A stretch of 64,000 nucleotides of DNA, taken from NCBI GenBank assembly GCA_973895155.1, contig OZ316895.1:7800184-7864183 (forward strand). Reading direction: 5' to 3'. Shown here in pieces: positions 59,100-64,000 of the stretch. The notes beneath the pieces were generated by a model that had not been told where the DNA came from, searched no databases, and was given only the letters and a program-made list of their open reading frames with translations. The stretch's first letter is position 1; each line of letters starts with the position of its first letter. The stretch is from Marsupella aquatica. Its lineage: Eukaryota > Plantae > Marchantiophyta. The position numbers and the translations under genes are program-made.

Positions 59100-61300
59100 T
59101 CTAATCGTAGAACAGCCTGGCCAGATCATAATTCTTTCTCACTTTAAAGCATTCAGGACATTCAATTCAGTTCGAACTGTTTCTAGTGCTCTTGCATCTG
59201 GGAAAGAAAATTGTGGAAAGTTGGTGGTCCAGGAGAACAAAGTGGGAAACGAGACTGAAGTCCGTTCCACTTTGGAAGCATCATCTACAGGATTTAGGCA
59301 CCAAACATAGAGGGATACTCCAGGGTCATCCTTCCAGCCTTCCAGCCTGCCTAATTGGCTGGATATCAATGAGCTTACTGAATGATATTGGGAAGAATTC
59401 AGGAGGACCGACTTATTTTGTGACCAGAATTTGTGGTAAGTCTTAAACAGAAGAGCCCTACCCTGACCTGAGTGAGCTTGTACTAACACAGGGCGACGAG
59501 ACAAATTTAAGCTTGAGGGCATTGGATGGAAGTGATATAAGAGCACAGATTTGAAATCCCGAGAGAACAGTCCTGTGCGCTGAATTGATCAACTGAGTGT
59601 GTTATGTGCACATTAGTCAAGTGTAATTCTTGTGCTCGCTTGAAATCAATCTCGAGGAATAACAGTGAGAGACGAAGAAAACAAAAGGACAGAACATTCC
59701 AGGAAAGACTGCAAAACATGATGACATGCTGTGGGACGTTCGCTTTTTGTCACCAATGTGTCGTGACACGGACGGAATACCAGGGTAGTGAGTGGACAAG
59801 ACCCGTTGCAGCACTTCTCTATTTCACTTACAGGTCACTTTTAGCGATGGAACTGTAAACTAAGATTGTTATCCTGGAAGATTCAGTTGTTTTGCAGCAG
59901 TCCATCTGGGTTTGGTCAGTCTATACAAGCGGGTATACAAGCCTCAGAACCAACGTCTCAGTCCATGCAGGCTTCGACTTCCTGGTATGGCAATACAGCA
60001 GTTAGATATTCTGATAGTGTAACTCAGTGGGAACGCTTCCTTCCCAAACTGAGGTGCCACTTCTAGCTGTTGTGACGCTTATTGAATTTACGGGGAGTCC
60101 TCTCCCAATGGCAGAATCAACGATGTCTAAATGTCTCTTATACAAAGTAACGAGTGCAAATGTGCATTGCTTTTCTGACAAAAGTCTTGTGCAATGTTCA
60201 TCAGATCTGAATCTCATAGTTCACAGCACGAACAGAATCTAGGGCTATCGCATGATTCTCTTCTTCTGGCATTCACTAGTGTAAGGTTTTCTTCCTCTCT
60301 ATCTGCCATCAATCATTATTATACCTATCTCTGACCATGAATTGAAGTCATCTCATTCAAAAGCTAGAGGTGGCTCGAATTACTAGTCCAGCTGCTCGTG
60401 TCTACAAGCTTCAGTTGGCCTATGGCGAAGTTAAAACTCATTTCCAAGACTGCTATAACACAATTGCAAGAGACAGATGAGTTGGAAAAAGTTATTTTGA
60501 AGAATCAATACCTAGTTGTTAAAGGCAGAGCAGCTGGTGGTTCCGAAAAAGTCTGCTTTAATTGGTTCATCTTCTCAAAACTATCCAGAATTTTCGTATA
60601 AAGAGGGTTGGGAGTGTTTATAAGATGACTGGTTCAATGAAATTAACGTTGAGAGATTTTTTCATCTACAAATATGAGTTTTGTGTTGTCCAGATGGATT
60701 TCATTAGCTCAAAATTGTGCACCCATGAGTGAAAGTACGGTGAAGTCCTTTATTGGGCATAATTATTCTCGACGGATTGGATTTCTCTCTTTAGGCAAAG
60801 ACAAGATCGGCGTTCTCCACCATATCTCCAGCGGAAGTTCTCAAGAGCCAGTACTTATCACTCTCACGAACACAAACATTCCACCACCCCAGAATCTGTC
60901 TAGATTATCTACCTTTTACGTGAATCCTAAGAACAATGTTCAATTCCCGGCTGGGTGTCAAGGGTGCCCTCTTGATGAACAAACATTCTACATCTTAATC
61001 ATCCGTTTCTTCAGTCCCGAGCTTCAGTCTGGTCGCCGAAATGATTGTTCAATGACATATTTGCACTTGCCAGGTAATAAAATGTCAAAAGAACGGGCTC
61101 TTTGTTCAATCTGTATGAAAAATTCAATCCCGTGATACCAAGCTCCCTCTTCACCTACATCCACGCCCTCCTTCTTCACTTTTTCCCTGAGAAGTGGTTC
61201 CTTTTACTTCGGTAAAATTGAGTGATGAAGAATCTGCTCAAACAAGTGACTTGAAGAATTCCTTGCAACTCGGCCAAAGTCTTGGCTGCTACTGACATCA
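59100..61300 (-). pseudogene. Possible heavily decayed ROCO/TORNADO1-like (COR-domain) pseudogene
   Basis: Minus-strand fragments in the expected order: IHLDNTKLIFVD (~60670), FQLICLLQLCY (~60470), CCNGSCPLTTLVFRPC (~59790); many stops; weak similarity from memory only. Confidence 0.25.
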
Positions 61301-64000
61301 GAGTTTTAAGTTTAATTTGCCATCGTCAATTCTCGATGACTCCCTACTACTTGAGCTAGGTTTGGTCTCAATGACGTTCGTAATTCTGAACCCAATATTT
61401 GTGTGGGAAAGATTGGAGTATCAAATGTAATGCCTTTCCAGCTCTTGCTCATTGACAAAACATTGTACACTCCTACTCTAGTAACATAGTTGTAGCCAGA
61501 GTAGAATGCGATCGAGAAACCGTGAGATGCGTAACTTCTCACAACCAGGCGGAACTGTGGAAGATTTCTTTCCCGAGCTGACTTGTTCAAGAGTACTATT
61601 GGGGTCACCTCCGGTTGAAAACATCTGACCTCTGGTAACCATTAGTTTGGATACCACTACATAGCCAAAACAGAAAACCTTCTTCAGTACTTCCTTCCCA
61701 AATTGAAATTTCCCCGATTTGGTATGGGCTGTGTTTGTGAAACTAAAACAACTGTACTCCAGAGATTCAGAGGATAGGAAAATTGATTTGAAGCAATTTC
61801 CATTTGCTTCAAACTAGACTTTCGTGCTGAAGTGAATGTGGCGTATTCACGTCTCAACATTTCACCCGTTGCATTCGATTAATATTTTGCTTGTTTTTTA
61901 AATTTTATGAAAAAAATTGTGAAGTTGATGTGAAAGTGTATTATTTGTAGTGCCTCATGTGAATCGGCCATTAAAATCGGGTGAAGCTGTCTTTCAGGCA
62001 AGAAAGCAGCTTTTCATTATTGAAACAGAAAAACTCGGAACTGTGCTTTTCTGTTTCGATCACTTCCTCTTTGAACAATTCCCTTTCTCTTCGTATCCTT
62101 GGCGCTAAAGATTCTAAAGTCTACACCAACTCAGTCTACCCACTTACATGTTAGTACGGGCGAAATGTATCAGACAACATAAGGCCAGAAATGCGGGCTA
62201 TCTTCTTGGATAATTCTGTAGCATATGGGTGTTCTCCAAGTGTAAATCATATTGCCCACCTCCGTGCCAAACATTGTACCTGGAGACTATCATCGATTAA
62301 ATATCTGCTCATATCGTATGTGTTTTGCATTTTGGGCCACTGGTATACTCGGGCTGGGTTTCTTCCGGCCCTTTTTGCCAAATACAAAGAAAAAAAGTGA
62401 AGAGTGGGAAGAGACCTCTCATTGACCTATATATATAGCAGTAACTATGCACAACACACTTGTAAGCAGGTCAAAGTTCTAGCTTCATATAGATCCGTCA
62501 GAATTGCTACCAAAAAAGTGAAATGTGGCAACATTATAATCCACAAAGCACGGTGAACTTTATGGTATCGTGTAACTTTATATGAACTTTATGGTACAGT
62601 GTAAGTTCATGATTGAAGTTCCTACTGCATGAGAGGCGCAAAGCCTATTGCTTCGGCAGACTTCGAATTTCCAAATACGATCAACGTAATAGTCTGCATC
62701 TGGAGCATTTTGGACTGCATTGGTCATATATTCTTCGTAGATTCAGACTAAGCTGCAATAGGGATACTTGCACAGTGGTTCTAGCCATCAGTCAGGCTGA
62801 AACTATTGGCTGATTCAGGAAAAGTGCAAGGGTTAAAATGCACCACTTGTCGTAGTGTCCAAAGGTCTGCAACCGAGGCATATGCTTTTATATGCAAAAA
62901 ATCGATTCCATATTGATCCTTCTAATATATGGCCTTTCAAGAACAGGGAAAGGTTAGTGGACTTCTGTATAGATCTGGGCTGGGCCCACTTAGGACAGGC
63001 ATTTTCTGCGGCTGGGAACGCTGGTGAATACATACACGCAGACTGAGATCAGAGGACAAAGTTGCTTTCAGAAAACATTCCTGATAGAAAAGAAAAACAT
63101 TCTTGGGTTTACTTTGGAACTATCCGTCTGTTCAAATTCCCGTTCAAATTATTGGAGTGCATGTCTTAAGCTTTGTATATATGGTCTCGCACTTGGGATT
63201 ATTATCATATACTCGCTGCTCGGGAGGATTATTAGTCTCCTGTGCAGATTCGGCCGAGCGCTCGTAATGATAACAGTAGTAAGACTTAGTGACTTTGATC
63301 AATCCATAGACACCAGAGGCCTACTTGGCAATAGTGTAAAGTCTTGTACTGTAGTCTTCTGAAGTCTGACCCATGATCGCTGTAGGGGCACTAAAGCTGC
63401 AGCACCGTAATGTGCTTCAGACCACAAAAGAGTTTCTGAGAGCTGTCGTACATGTGCGCTAGGCAACAACTCACCGATTCCTCCGGCCACACCTCGAGAC
63501 TACAGACTGTTGCTGGGGCATGCGCGTTTGAGGTGCGGCGCGTAAGGTAGACTACGTGGAGGAACTCAGAAACTTTGAAGCCGTCTCATCATGATTGCGA
63601 CTGTTGCACTAAAGTGCTCGAGGCTACTGACTACAGTAGGTTCTCTGAGTTCTTCATCCAGAACTTGACAAGAAAGCACAGATGACCTTGCACGGCTGAG
63701 CTGAATTTGATCTCCTGCATGGAGATAAACCATTATTCTTTTGACAGAAAAGAGCAACCCCGGCAAAGACTTCATCAGTTCGAGAGTACGAGCGTTTTAC
63801 CGATGTGATATTTAGCATAAATTGGCTGGAAAGTGTGAATGTGGCGGAGTCAGCTCCTTTACAATTGCAAACTCAAATTGAGGTAAAACTATTCTTCATG
63901 CAACAACATTTCTCCATGCAGTCCTCGCTGTACCTGGAAGAGCAAGAGTCAGACCGTTTGCAGGGAAAACGCTAGTATATGCTACCGTCCCAAAAGACGA

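Noticed and set aside
63566-63960. Terminal exons of a minus-strand gene (acceptor-like sites near 63716 and 63935)
   Set aside because: Frames close quickly and no family is recognisable; cannot be supported without flanking sequence.

Overview
Eukaryotic (land-plant) nuclear DNA with GT-AG introns. The gene and TE families suggest a bryophyte, possibly a complex-thalloid liverwort (inference). Host genes are: the 3' part of an SRP40/Nopp140-like nucleolar gene; an intronless F-box gene (minus); a 24-exon plant cyclopropane fatty acid synthase (FAD-oxidoreductase + methyltransferase fusion) with one GC-AG intron; and an EXORDIUM/PHI-1 gene (minus). Mobile DNA comprises a very young full-length Ty1/copia (Tork/Tnt1-like) element with apparently identical 403-bp LTRs, nested in a decayed Bianca-like copia, a related solo LTR with a different U3, a non-autonomous Helitron filled with a minisatellite, a foldback/MITE-like palindrome and non-LTR relics. 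The most unusual signal is the gag/pol junction of the young copia. Its only coding defects (stop, altered protease motif, +1 frameshift) all fall inside a 118-nt GT..AG segment whose removal fuses Gag to Pol in frame. All calls were made by eye, without database searches.
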